Below are positions 7,483-16,082 of a DNA stretch of 46,023 nt, piece after piece; positions within the stretch are counted from its first letter, which is position 1; the number at the start of each line of letters is the position of its first letter. The position numbers were made by a program, and so were the translations under genes. The notes under the pieces were generated by a model. The model saw only the letters and a list, made by a program, of their open reading frames with translations, did not search any database and was not told the DNA's origin. The stretch is from a virus: IMG/VR virus record IMGVR_UViG_3300014493_000001. The stretch is one strand, 5' to 3'.

Positions 7483-7764
7483 CCCAGCGCCACACGTGCA
7501 GCCCGGAGGATGGACCCCCCGGAAGCACCATTCCCCGAGCATGGCTTCCGGATGGTGGAGAGCCCAGAGGGTCAGGCGATCGCGCCCGTGAGTTCCCAGG
7601 CAGCGGTTGAGATCGTCGATGTAGCCGGCAGCCGTGCTTTCGGCGAGGCGGAGGGTGGCGGCGATGGCTTTGGTGGTGTGATCGGAATGGAAGTCGCAGA
7701 GGATGCGAAGGATCTGGCCTTCTCTTACCGACAGCCTGATTCGCCCCTCCCGGTCGGTCTGCAT
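7459..7764 (-). CDS. LuxR/GerE-type HTH transcriptional regulator
   Basis: LSVREGQILRILCDFHSDHTTKAIAATLRLAESTAAGYIDDLNRCLG. The 3' end runs into the 129-bp repeat. Confidence 0.7.
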   Translation of the reverse strand: MQTDREGRIRLSVREGQILRILCDFHSDHTTKAIAATLRLAESTAAGYIDDLNRCLGTHGRDRLTLWALHHPEAMLGEWCFRGVHPPGCTCGAGLCALLGA

Positions 7765-7811
7765 GGCTAACTTTTGGCTACGTGTGGATTGCCGCCCGCA
7801 GTTTTACGGGA

Positions 7812-7840
7812 TTGTTCCATTGTAACTTCGCTCCTATGAT
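7812..7840 (+). promoter_or_regulatory. Sigma-70-like promoter giving a near-leaderless transcript for 7850..8296
   Basis: TTGTTC (7812..7817), a 17-nt spacer, then TATGAT (7835..7840). ATG 7850 lies 9 nt downstream and has no SD. Confidence 0.4.
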
Positions 7841-7849
7841 TTCCGATAG

Positions 7850-8296
7850 ATGCCTCCTTTTATCGAACTGCCTAAAAGGCCATGCCTCAGTGAGTCCTCC
7901 CTCAGACAGAAAATCGACCGCGCCGGGGAGTTGGACCGTCAGATCCAGCTCGTCGCCCCCGCGGTCGACGAGTACGAGGCCCTCAAAAAAGAAATCGCCG
8001 ACCACTTCGGCGAGGCGCCGGCCGACAAGCCCCAGGTTGCCGACGGCGACTCCTACCAGGTCCAGCTTGGGACCAAACGGCGCGAGCGCACGATCGTCGA
8101 CAAGAAGAAGGTGTTCGGCCTTCTGAAGAAAGCCCTCGGCTTCGAAGGCCTGCTGGCAGTGATCGATATCTCCCTCGGTACGGTCGACAAGAACCTGCCG
8201 GAGAGTGCCAGCAAGAATCTGATTAACGACGAACGGAGCGGCTACCGCACGTTCAAGTTGGTTGCCAGGCGTCCGCAGGGCGCTAAGGCGGCCTGA
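7850..8296 (+). CDS. Hypothetical protein
   Basis: 148-aa ORF and first gene of the rightward block. Lys/Glu-rich. Confidence 0.6.
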   Translation: MPPFIELPKRPCLSESSLRQKIDRAGELDRQIQLVAPAVDEYEALKKEIADHFGEAPADKPQVADGDSYQVQLGTKRRERTIVDKKKVFGLLKKALGFEGLLAVIDISLGTVDKNLPESASKNLINDERSGYRTFKLVARRPQGAKAA

Positions 8297-8297
8297 C

Positions 8298-8483
8298 ATG
8301 GCAAACCTACTGGCGCGCGATATCAGGGACGTGATCCGCGATCGCATGGCGGACAAGATCGCCCGGCAGCGGCTGGAGATCGAGCGGCTACGGTCGCAGC
8401 AACTGGCGAGCCTCAAAGAGCGCAAGGCGCGGGTGGAATTCCTGATCGGCGCTTTCGAGTCGGCGCAGTCATGCTCGAACTAG
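8298..8483 (+). CDS. Hypothetical coiled-coil protein
   Basis: 61 aa from ATG 8298, 2 nt after the upstream stop. Confidence 0.45.
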   Translation: MANLLARDIRDVIRDRMADKIARQRLEIERLRSQQLASLKERKARVEFLIGAFESAQSCSN

Positions 8484-8701
8484 CCAGCGGCGCCGATCTT
8501 GAGGAGGCCGTGATCGTAACCATCTCGAAGGGGCGGGGCAAGTGCGCAGAGGACAAGGCCGTGTTCCTGATCCTGGCGGGCTGGAAAACGACCGACAAGG
8601 GCTTCACCTGGGACAGCCCCAGGGGTGTGCGGTACCGCGGCCCGCACCTGGCCTGGATCGCGATGCGGCGCCAGGCCAAGCGCCGACAGAGGACAGCCTG
8701 A
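8471..8701 (+). CDS. Hypothetical protein
   Basis: 76-aa ORF that overlaps both neighbouring genes. Confidence 0.45.
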   Translation: MLELASGADLEEAVIVTISKGRGKCAEDKAVFLILAGWKTTDKGFTWDSPRGVRYRGPHLAWIAMRRQAKRRQRTA

Positions 8702-8946
8702 TGGCCGATCTACAATCGCGGCCTTACAATCCGTCGCCGGATCTCTGCTGCGAGGCCTGCGCGTTCGGCCGCGGCGGTCATGCCGAATGGTGTCGCCATC
8801 GGCCCGAGCCGGTTCCCGTACGCACTCGATGCAAAGGTACGTGCGGCGAGCCGGTTCCCGTACGCACTCGATGCAAAGGTACGTGCGGCGATGCCGAGTG
8901 CGAGGACATGGAAAGAGCTTGGCAAAATGCCCGCGAAGGGAACTAA
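8701..8946 (+). CDS. Cys-rich small protein containing a duplicated 14-aa unit
   Basis: The ATG overlaps the upstream TGA. CCEAC, HAEWC, and two copies of EPVPVRTRCKGTCG. Confidence 0.45.
   Translation: MADLQSRPYNPSPDLCCEACAFGRGGHAEWCRHRPEPVPVRTRCKGTCGEPVPVRTRCKGTCGDAECEDMERAWQNAREGN
8806..8889 (+). repeat. Perfect 42-bp tandem duplication (2 copies)
   Basis: GAGCCGGTTCCCGTACGCACTCGATGCAAAGGTACGTGCGGC occurs at 8806..8847 and again at 8848..8889. Confidence 0.95.
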
Positions 8947-9364
8947 AGGCACTCGGTCGCAGAAAGACGTCAAACGCCGCATTGTGGCCGCCGGCGCCAT
9001 AACGGGCAAGCGCACCTCGGAGATCGCCAAGGATGCCAATTGCAGCGAGCGGCACGCTCTGCGCCTGGCGGCCGAGACAGAGACGAAATTTATCATCGCC
9101 AACGCCCTGTCTCCGTACCGCGAGCAACTGCGCAAGATGGCCGGCAAAGCGGTGCGCGCGGTGGATCGCGCTTTCGTCGCCAGGAAGACCGATAAGGCGG
9201 ACCATTTTACCCAGCTCAAGGCGGTGGAGCGTTACGGCGATCTGCTGGAGTTGGCGGCGGGAGATACCCGTTACCTGGGCAAGGACGCCGATGCCGGCCG
9301 GCATCTGGTGACGTGGCAAGAATTCATTCTGATCGGCAAACAACGCAGGGAGGTAGTCGAGTGA
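8927..9364 (+). CDS. HTH DNA-binding protein (function unknown)
   Basis: 145 aa from ATG 8927. GKRTSEIAKDANCSERHALRL looks like an HTH. Confidence 0.55.
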   Translation: MPAKGTKGTRSQKDVKRRIVAAGAITGKRTSEIAKDANCSERHALRLAAETETKFIIANALSPYREQLRKMAGKAVRAVDRAFVARKTDKADHFTQLKAVERYGDLLELAAGDTRYLGKDADAGRHLVTWQEFILIGKQRREVVE

Positions 9365-10059
9365 AACAGGCCGGCAAACCACGAGATGGCGAAAGGCCGC
9401 CTAAGATGCCCGTGATACGACTCAGCAAGCGACTCTGGGCCGAGTATCTTCACCAGGTGAAGGCAAAGGCCGTGCGTGCCGCGGCAGAGAACCGGCTCAG
9501 GCAGCAACGCGAGCGGATCATCGTCGACCACATGCACGTGGCGCGCGCTATCGCCCGCCAGGTGTTTCACAGTTTCCGGCATGCCGCGGCTTCGGGCAGC
9601 AACAGGATCAGTTTCGAGGACATGCTCTCATCGGCATATGTCGGCCTGGTGGAGGCGGCCGGCCGCTGGGAACCGAGCAAAGGCGACTTCGCCAAGTACT
9701 GCTACTTCCGGGTGCGGGGTGCGATCATCGACGCCCACCGCCGGCAGGCGTACCAGGAACTGCTGCCGGTCTCGTTCGAAGAGTGGGTGCAAGGAGGCGA
9801 GAAACATACCCGTGAAATCGCGGACCGTTCCGCCCTCCCCGACGAGCTCGCCGGTGGGCAGGAAAAGGCGCGCCTGCTGGTGGCCGTGATTAACCGGGTG
9901 CTCCCGGACGAAGAGCGCGACGTGATCCGGGAAGCTCTCGCTGGCAAGAATGTCACGGAGATAGCCCGAGCTCACCGGCAATCGCCGCTGTGGGCAAGGG
10001 CGAAGCTGAACGCGGCGCGAGTGAAGGTAGCCGCGGAAGTCCAAAGGAGAGTGGCATGA
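9361..10059 (+). CDS. Sigma-70 family sigma factor, group-3 (FliA/SigF-like)
   Basis: Region 2 is FEDMLSSAYVGLVEAAGRWEPSKGDFAKYCYFRVRGAIIDAHRR. Region 4 is EERDVIREALAGKNVTEIARAHRQSPLWARAKLNAARVKV. The GTG start has GGGAGG 7 nt upstream (GTGA overlap). Confidence 0.8.
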   Translation: MKQAGKPRDGERPPKMPVIRLSKRLWAEYLHQVKAKAVRAAAENRLRQQRERIIVDHMHVARAIARQVFHSFRHAAASGSNRISFEDMLSSAYVGLVEAAGRWEPSKGDFAKYCYFRVRGAIIDAHRRQAYQELLPVSFEEWVQGGEKHTREIADRSALPDELAGGQEKARLLVAVINRVLPDEERDVIREALAGKNVTEIARAHRQSPLWARAKLNAARVKVAAEVQRRVA

Positions 10060-10388
10060 TCCTGCAGATCCGTCTTTTCCGCCTCGTGTGGGAGCTCCTG
10101 TGGGTCAAGGGGTTCCTGGTGGGGTTCACCCTGCCGGATGGCGCCTGCCGGGCCCTAGGGCTCAATCTAGGGCCATTTACGATCTGTATCTACATCGAGG
10201 CGATCCCGGCCCACTGCAAGATCTGCCGGCGCCCGCTGAGGTGGGGATTGCACGGCAAGATAGGCAAGCGGTCGCTGTGTAAACCGCGGGCCTACAAATG
10301 TTGCGATGTCTGGTGTCGCGATAACGCGCTGGCCGGCGATCTCCGCTGTGAGTTCCATTCTGCCTTGCACAAACGCTCCTCGCTATGA
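10056..10388 (+). CDS. Cys-rich (zinc-finger-like) protein
   Basis: ATG with AGGAG 7 nt upstream (ATGA overlap). HCKICRRP...CKPRAYKCCDVWC...CEFH. Confidence 0.55.
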   Translation: MILQIRLFRLVWELLWVKGFLVGFTLPDGACRALGLNLGPFTICIYIEAIPAHCKICRRPLRWGLHGKIGKRSLCKPRAYKCCDVWCRDNALAGDLRCEFHSALHKRSSL

Positions 10389-10690
10389 GCCGCGACGACC
10401 TCATTTTCCTGGGAGCCTGCATCCTGGCGGCGCCGGGCGGAGTGTCGCTGGCCGGGGCAGTTGAAAAAGCCGAGGCGTTAATGGCGTTCTCGCGCTCGCG
10501 CACCTCGGTCTCTGCTCCACCGGTGGCGCCGCGGAACCTTCGGGAGGAACTGCTGGCAGACCGCGACCGTAAAATCCGCGAGGCTATGGAGATTTGCGAG
10601 TACAACATTTCCAAAGCCGCCCGGATGGTCGGGATGAAGCGAACCACCCTCACCGAGCTCATGAAGCGGGCAAGGGCGCAGGCCGCGTGA
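10385..10690 (+). CDS. Fis/NtrC-type HTH protein, possible packaging specificity (small terminase-like position)
   Basis: The C-terminus is NISKAARMVGMKRTTLTELMKR. It sits directly upstream of the large terminase and overlaps it. Confidence 0.55.
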   Translation: MSRDDLIFLGACILAAPGGVSLAGAVEKAEALMAFSRSRTSVSAPPVAPRNLREELLADRDRKIREAMEICEYNISKAARMVGMKRTTLTELMKRARAQAA

Positions 10691-12432
10691 AATACCAGGA
10701 GCTGCAGCGCGCCTTCGCCGATCACGCCCGATTCTGCCGGGAATCGCTGGTAGTCGAGAACGAACGCCGGCGGATTGTGCCTATGATCCTGCAGCCTGGC
10801 CAGGTCCGTCTGCGGGAAGCCATCGACAAGGAACGCAAAGCCGGAAGGCCGGTCCGGATCGTCTACCTGAAATCGCGCCGCATTATGGCCACCACAGGCA
10901 CCGCGGCGGAGTTCTTTCGCACCACCGCATTCGACGCCGGCGTACACACCCTGGTGATGGCGCACACCGACGACGCGGTCAAAGAGATCTTCCCGATCTA
11001 TAAGCGCTTTTACCAGAAATACCTGCCCTTCGGTCTGAGTGAGGATCCGCCCCCACCGGGCAAAGACGACTACGCCATCACTATGGGCCCGTCGCGCGCC
11101 CTTGCGAGCGAGATCTACTGGGAACACGGCGGCGATCCCGAGTCGAGTTACATCAAGATCCACACCGCCGGCAGCGAGAACTTCGGGCGCGGCACGCGGT
11201 TCACCAACGCCCACTTTTCGGAATTCCCTTATTATCCGGATCCGGCGGCCACTATGCGCGCGGTGATGTCGGCGGTCCCTGCCCTGCCCGATACCTCGGT
11301 AGTGATCGAGGGAACCGCGAAGACCATCGGCGACACTTTTCAGCATATTTGCCTGGAGGCGCTCGAGCACCGCGGCGAGTGGGTGTTCCTGTTCATGGGC
11401 TGGTGGGAGCACCCGCTCAACCGGATGCCCCTCTCCGTGCCTCCGGACCGCTTCCAGGAGTCGCTGACACGCGAAGAGCGCGAACTGATGGGCAGGTACA
11501 ACCTCGACCTGCCGCAGCTCGCCTGGCGCCGCTACAAGATCGGCTCCGAGTTCCCCAACGACCCGCAGGGGTTCAAACGCGAGCATCCCGCCACTCCCGA
11601 GGAGGCGTTCAGCGCTTCGTCGCGCAACCGGTTCTCCATCCCCCATATCAACCGGATGCCGATCCAAAGAAATGCCGTCGCCGGCGAGCTGGCTTACGAC
11701 GAGATCGGCGCCGAGAAGCGCCTGGTGTTCCTGCCGAACGAAACAGGGCCGCTCACAATCTACCGCATGCCGGAGCGAGGCAGGCTGTACGCATGCGGCG
11801 CCGATCCCTCCGGCGGCGCCGATGCCAACCTGGGCAAAGGCACGGCGGATCCCGATTGGGCGGTGGCACAGATCGGCGATCGCGACACCGGCGAGCAGTG
11901 CGCCACGTTACGCCTGCGGTGCATGCCGGGAGAGTTCGGCCGCCAGGTCTACCGGCTGCTGCGCTGGTTCAACAATGGCCAAGTGGCTCTCGAGAGAACC
12001 GGCGCCGGAGTCGGCTCCCTCGAGGCGCTGCTCAACGAGAACTACCCAACCTCGCTCATCTACCACCGCGCGGTGGCTACCGATCAGGACCCCGAGGTGC
12101 GGTCCGACAAGATCGGCTGGCAAACCGACGAGGTGAGTCGCCAGCAGCTGATCTCGCTACTCGACGACGCGCTGCGGGCTCCGTCGATCTTCGTCCACGA
12201 TCCGATCACGATCCGCGAGCTGCTCACCTTCGTCATTAACCCGCGAGGCAAGCCGGAAGCCCAGGCGGGCGGGCATGACGATTGCGTGATCGCCCTGGCT
12301 CTGATGGTGGTGGTGATGGCGCGCATGCCGCGCCCGGTCATCCCTGCCTCGCTGACAGCGCCGCAGTTGCAGAAGTACGGCCAGAAAGTCGAAAGAGACA
12401 GCAGGGGCCAACTTGTCAAACTGCGCCGATAA
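10687..12432 (+). CDS. terL: Terminase large subunit
   Basis: LKSRRIMATTGT (Walker A-like), GRGTRFTNAHFSEF, FKREHPATPEEAF, YACGADPSGG...DWAVAQIGD and GGHDDCVIALALMVV (nuclease C-terminus). Start taken as GTG 10687, though the ORF is open from 10594. Confidence 0.9.
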   Translation: MKYQELQRAFADHARFCRESLVVENERRRIVPMILQPGQVRLREAIDKERKAGRPVRIVYLKSRRIMATTGTAAEFFRTTAFDAGVHTLVMAHTDDAVKEIFPIYKRFYQKYLPFGLSEDPPPPGKDDYAITMGPSRALASEIYWEHGGDPESSYIKIHTAGSENFGRGTRFTNAHFSEFPYYPDPAATMRAVMSAVPALPDTSVVIEGTAKTIGDTFQHICLEALEHRGEWVFLFMGWWEHPLNRMPLSVPPDRFQESLTREERELMGRYNLDLPQLAWRRYKIGSEFPNDPQGFKREHPATPEEAFSASSRNRFSIPHINRMPIQRNAVAGELAYDEIGAEKRLVFLPNETGPLTIYRMPERGRLYACGADPSGGADANLGKGTADPDWAVAQIGDRDTGEQCATLRLRCMPGEFGRQVYRLLRWFNNGQVALERTGAGVGSLEALLNENYPTSLIYHRAVATDQDPEVRSDKIGWQTDEVSRQQLISLLDDALRAPSIFVHDPITIRELLTFVINPRGKPEAQAGGHDDCVIALALMVVVMARMPRPVIPASLTAPQLQKYGQKVERDSRGQLVKLRR

Positions 12433-12616
12433 CACACCGCAACAACGCGCGCGGCTACGGCGCACGCCGACACACAGCGAAGCCGAGGCCGATGAGCATT
12501 TCTTCGCGGAGCTGCTCACCGACTACGGTATGGCGGTCGAGTTCGGGGATGCTCGCCTGGCGCGGTTTTACCTCGACGAGTGCGTGAAGAAATACAGCGA
12601 GGCGGTGCGACGATGA
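12413..12616 (+). CDS. Hypothetical protein
   Basis: 67-aa ORF that fills the terL-portal gap. TTG start with AGGGG upstream. Confidence 0.4.
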   Translation: MSNCADNTPQQRARLRRTPTHSEAEADEHFFAELLTDYGMAVEFGDARLARFYLDECVKKYSEAVRR

Positions 12617-14841
12617 CCCAGAAAGACTATCAGCTGAAGTGGCCGCAGTCCGAGCTCGACCGCATCGGCAACCGGGTCGAAACGGACTACCGCGCCGACA
12701 TCGCCGATCACAACCGGAGAATCGATCGCTGGCGCGGCTACTACCGCCGCTGGCGCGGCCTGGTGGACAGCCCCAACGAGGGAGAGGAGACCGCCTCCAA
12801 CCTGCCGGTACCCTACACCCGCTGGAACTGCATGACCAAGTGGGCCAAGGAAATGGACTCGCTCTTTGGCGACGACGCCGAGATTGTGGCAGTTCCGGTC
12901 GGACCCAGTAACTACAAACGCGACCAGAAAATCTCCAAATACATGAGTTGGCGCGTGTTCAACTCGATGAAGCTGACCAAGCGTTTCTGCGAGTTCGTGC
13001 TCCGCAAAATCATCTTTGGCCGATCGGTAGCCTATTCGCCCTGGAAGCGCGACACCTTCGTCGTACCGCCAACGGAGGACACCGAGCAGGCAGTGAAAAA
13101 GGGGTATCTCAAAGACAGCGAGGAAGACGACGGCGGCTATCGCGTGGTGGACTACGAGGGACCCGACTTCGATCCGCTCTGGCCCGACGACTTCATTGTG
13201 CCGGCGGAGGAAGTGCGATCGCTTCATGAGTTCTCGCATGTGATCCGGCGTTACCGAGTGACACCCGAGCAGCTCCTGCAGGGCGAGGAGGAAGGGCGCT
13301 ACCAGAACATCACCAAGAACTGGAAGACCATCGTCGCCCTGGCTCAGCACGGCTCGCAGCGCGAATACGACGGCGAGGAAATCAAGCGCGAGAAGGACGA
13401 AGCCGAGGGAGTGATGTACGAGCGCCCCATGTCCTCCGGCGAGTGGCTGATGGTGATCGAGTGGTACGGACGCTGGCGGCCGCTCAAGCGCGGACCCCGC
13501 GGCGGCATGCCGAGCGCTTCGGAGTGGGACTTCGACAAGCGCGAGATGCACCAGCAGGATTTCGTGGTCCGATTTCTGTGGGACCTGCGCCTGGTGATCG
13601 GCTGCCAGTCTCTCGCCGAACTGTATCCGCTGAAGAAAGACCGCCGGCCCTTCGTGGAGTCGGCCATGATGGCGGACGGAACCTACTGGTCTCCGGGGCT
13701 GCCGGAGCTGCTCTGCGACCTCGAAGACGATTTAAAGGCGAACCACAACCAGGCGACGGAAGCCGGACAGCTGGCCATGAATCCGCCGCTCGGGTTTAAG
13801 CCCGCCTCCGGTTTCGATCCGCAGACCTTCCGCGTCGAACCCGGCCTGGCGATTCCGCTTAACGATCCGAAAAACGACATTTTCCAGTTTCAGATCAAAG
13901 CGGATATGTCGATCGCGCAATGGAAAGAACAGGTTCTGCTGGCCTACGGCGAACGGCTGACCGGTATGAGCGATATGCACCTCGGCCGGCAGTCGGACCG
14001 CCCCAACGCTCCCAGGACGGGCGTACAGACCCAGCAGCTGCTCGAGGAGGGTAACGTCAGGATCTCGCTCGACACCAAGGTGCTGCGTGAGGACATGTCC
14101 GCCGTTCTCGGCCATTTCTGGGACCTGGAGTATATGTTCTCCGGGCCCCAGATCTTTTTCCGGGTTACCGAAGAGGACGCAGACGGCATGTTTGCGGTGA
14201 ACAACGGCGGCGCCATGCTGACCCTCGAGGACCGCGACGGCCGCTACGATTTCCGCCTGCAGTTCGCGAACTCGGTCTACTCGCGCGAGGCCAAGAAAGA
14301 ACAGAGCCTGGCACGCTACCAGCTGGACCTGCAGAATCCGCTGATAATGTCGAACCCGCTGGCGCTGTGGGAAGTCACCAACAAGGCCCACGAAGCTCTC
14401 GGCGATCCCAACTTCGCCGACCTGGTGCCGCGGCCGCCGCAGCCGGACATTCCGGTGGATCCAAAGACGGAATGGGTCAACCTCCTCCACGGGGAGGACG
14501 TCCAGGTCAACCCGCAGGATAACGACCAGCTCCACCTGATCCGCCATATGAAGGACCTGCAGAGGGCCGAAGACGACACCAGCGGCGCCACCGCAGATCC
14601 GGACGCCATCCAGAAGCTTATGAAGCACTACCGCGACCATATCGCCCAGTTGCAGCAGAAGAAGCTGCAGCAGGCCATCGTGGAGCAGGCGGTGCAGGCG
14701 GCCAGCCGCCTCGCCCAAAGCGGTGCCTTGAAGTTCCCGAACGGGCTCTTCGGTAACGCGCCTCAGATTCCCGCCGGCGATCCGGCAGCAAGCGGGCCGA
14801 GCCCGTACGACGCCGGCGAGCAGGCAAGAAAGGCAGCGTAA
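12613..14841 (+). CDS. Portal protein
   Basis: 742 aa immediately after terL, with an acidic C-terminal region and typical size and position. Assigned by position and general resemblance, not by a strict motif. Confidence 0.7.
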   Translation: MTQKDYQLKWPQSELDRIGNRVETDYRADIADHNRRIDRWRGYYRRWRGLVDSPNEGEETASNLPVPYTRWNCMTKWAKEMDSLFGDDAEIVAVPVGPSNYKRDQKISKYMSWRVFNSMKLTKRFCEFVLRKIIFGRSVAYSPWKRDTFVVPPTEDTEQAVKKGYLKDSEEDDGGYRVVDYEGPDFDPLWPDDFIVPAEEVRSLHEFSHVIRRYRVTPEQLLQGEEEGRYQNITKNWKTIVALAQHGSQREYDGEEIKREKDEAEGVMYERPMSSGEWLMVIEWYGRWRPLKRGPRGGMPSASEWDFDKREMHQQDFVVRFLWDLRLVIGCQSLAELYPLKKDRRPFVESAMMADGTYWSPGLPELLCDLEDDLKANHNQATEAGQLAMNPPLGFKPASGFDPQTFRVEPGLAIPLNDPKNDIFQFQIKADMSIAQWKEQVLLAYGERLTGMSDMHLGRQSDRPNAPRTGVQTQQLLEEGNVRISLDTKVLREDMSAVLGHFWDLEYMFSGPQIFFRVTEEDADGMFAVNNGGAMLTLEDRDGRYDFRLQFANSVYSREAKKEQSLARYQLDLQNPLIMSNPLALWEVTNKAHEALGDPNFADLVPRPPQPDIPVDPKTEWVNLLHGEDVQVNPQDNDQLHLIRHMKDLQRAEDDTSGATADPDAIQKLMKHYRDHIAQLQQKKLQQAIVEQAVQAASRLAQSGALKFPNGLFGNAPQIPAGDPAASGPSPYDAGEQARKAA

Positions 14842-14850
14842 ATAGTCCAG

Positions 14851-15438
14851 ATGGCGGCACTGGCGATGGAGGCTATCGACGAACCGCTATGGAGCCGGTC
14901 GGCGGTGCTGGGCATGGCGAAAGTCTCCTGCGTTCACTGCCGCGGGTACGGCCTGGTCTCGACCCTCCACAAGGGCCGCATTGAGGAGTCTCCCTGCCCA
15001 TGCGTCCTTCGGGAGGTGTTCCGCCAGTGTTACCGGCGCTTCCGGGAGTGCGTGTCCGCGCAAGGGAACACATCGGGAGTCTGGTATGGGGGGGGCGGCG
15101 GAGCGCCCAGCGGGCGGCATCGCTACGGGCGGAAGCGCGAGGAATTCGTGGCGGATTTCTGCCTCCTAGCCAGACGAATGCTCAATGACGTGGACTTTGA
15201 GATCTTCCGCCGCCACTATGTGCTCGGCGCCGAGTGGCGGCAATCTGGCGTCGACAGGGGCACGTTCTTTCACAGCGTCTATCGGATCGAAGAGACGCTC
15301 GGACGCTATTATGCGGAAGTGAGGCCCTACGCGCTCTACCCGCTCTTCGTGTACTTCGACGGCAAGCCCGTGGGCACTGAGGCCGCTCTGCCCCTGAGAT
15401 CGAGCACCGGACTCGGAATCGAGCGCCATCCCCGCTAA
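14851..15438 (+). CDS. Zn-ribbon protein with sigma region-4-like HTH
   Basis: CVHCRG...CPC cluster, then DFEIFRRHYVLGAEWRQSGVDRGTFFHSVYRIEETLGRYY, which resembles sigma-70 region 4. Confidence 0.55.
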   Translation: MAALAMEAIDEPLWSRSAVLGMAKVSCVHCRGYGLVSTLHKGRIEESPCPCVLREVFRQCYRRFRECVSAQGNTSGVWYGGGGGAPSGRHRYGRKREEFVADFCLLARRMLNDVDFEIFRRHYVLGAEWRQSGVDRGTFFHSVYRIEETLGRYYAEVRPYALYPLFVYFDGKPVGTEAALPLRSSTGLGIERHPR

Positions 15439-15449
15439 GGCGTCAAAAC

Positions 15450-15713
15450 ATGAAAACGTCTATCCATCCATCCACCCGCCTCGACGATCTGGACGCGCGC
15501 GAGTTCGAACAGATGCTCGCCTCGAAATCCTGGGGTATTTACGAGAGACGGCTGATTCAAATGCGCGGCCGTCTGCTCGAGTCCTGCGCCACGGTAGACG
15601 ACGAGGTGAACCTACGGCGCGCGCAAGGCGGGGTGCAGTACCTGTCTGCCGTGCTCGATATGCCGAAGACCCTGCTTTCGGAGATGAAAAAAAAGCCGAA
15701 TAGCCCAACATGA
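15450..15713 (+). CDS. Hypothetical protein
   Basis: 87-aa ORF with an ATGA overlap to the next gene. Confidence 0.5.
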   Translation: MKTSIHPSTRLDDLDAREFEQMLASKSWGIYERRLIQMRGRLLESCATVDDEVNLRRAQGGVQYLSAVLDMPKTLLSEMKKKPNSPT

Positions 15714-16036
15714 TCCCTTCCTATCTGCTATACGTCGCGGTTGCTCTGCTCTTCGTTCTCGTGTTCGGGGTGCTCTTCTCGTGGGCTCCTCGCAAGAAAA
15801 CAAAACGCGAATCTGCAGGCCCTCACCTGGTGATCGTCGGCAGTGTCGCCATCAACGTCGACAATATGGCTTACATCGACGGCAGCGACTGCCAGAGAGT
15901 CCTGATCTCCGCCGGTAACGAGCTGCTGGACTTCACCGGCCAGGACGCCGCCGACATCCTGCGGTACTTCCATATCCCGGCGCCGGCGGCGCACGCCGCT
16001 CACAAGCCGCACAAGTCCGCTCCCGTTGCCGAATAA
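15710..16036 (+). CDS. Membrane protein (N-terminal TM)
   Basis: N-terminus MIPSYLLYVAVALLFVLVFGVLF. Confidence 0.5.
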   Translation: MIPSYLLYVAVALLFVLVFGVLFSWAPRKKTKRESAGPHLVIVGSVAINVDNMAYIDGSDCQRVLISAGNELLDFTGQDAADILRYFHIPAPAAHAAHKPHKSAPVAE

Positions 16037-16040
16037 CCCC
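16028..16040 (+). promoter_or_regulatory. GCCGAATAACCCC box (copy a of six)
   Basis: Shared motif G[GC]CGAAT[AT]ACC, located 42 nt upstream of GTG 16083. Confidence 0.45.
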
Positions 16041-16082
16041 ACGGACAGCCATGGGAGCCCGTGCCCTTCAAGGAATGGTGTT

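Noticed and set aside
7121-7610. ORFs 7245..7610 (+) and 7121..7531 (-) that encode internally duplicated peptides.
   Set aside because: They only read through the 129-bp tandem DNA repeat. Their composition is junk-like and they lack SDs, so the repeat is treated as non-coding.
10177-11667. 496-aa minus-strand ORF opposite the terminase gene. Similar long antisense or off-frame ORFs occur at 5750..6886, 8480..9382, 12568..13551, 13732..14718, 19277..20443, 20780..22006, 21126..22040, 25300..26184, 26937..28277, 30647..31552, 32179..33174, 36428..37459 and 37332..38393.
   Set aside because: They have Arg/Pro/Gly/Ala-dominated composition typical of shadow frames in high-GC DNA. Each fully overlaps a better-supported gene with recognisable motifs or SD-linked starts.
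12425-12432. Exact sigma-28 -10 consensus GCCGATAA at the terminase stop codon. CGATAA-like strings also occur at 9189 and 39074.
   Set aside because: An 8-mer of this composition is expected about 0.5 times per strand by chance. These copies lack the extended AT(A/T)ACC box and are not followed by a start codon at promoter-compatible distance.
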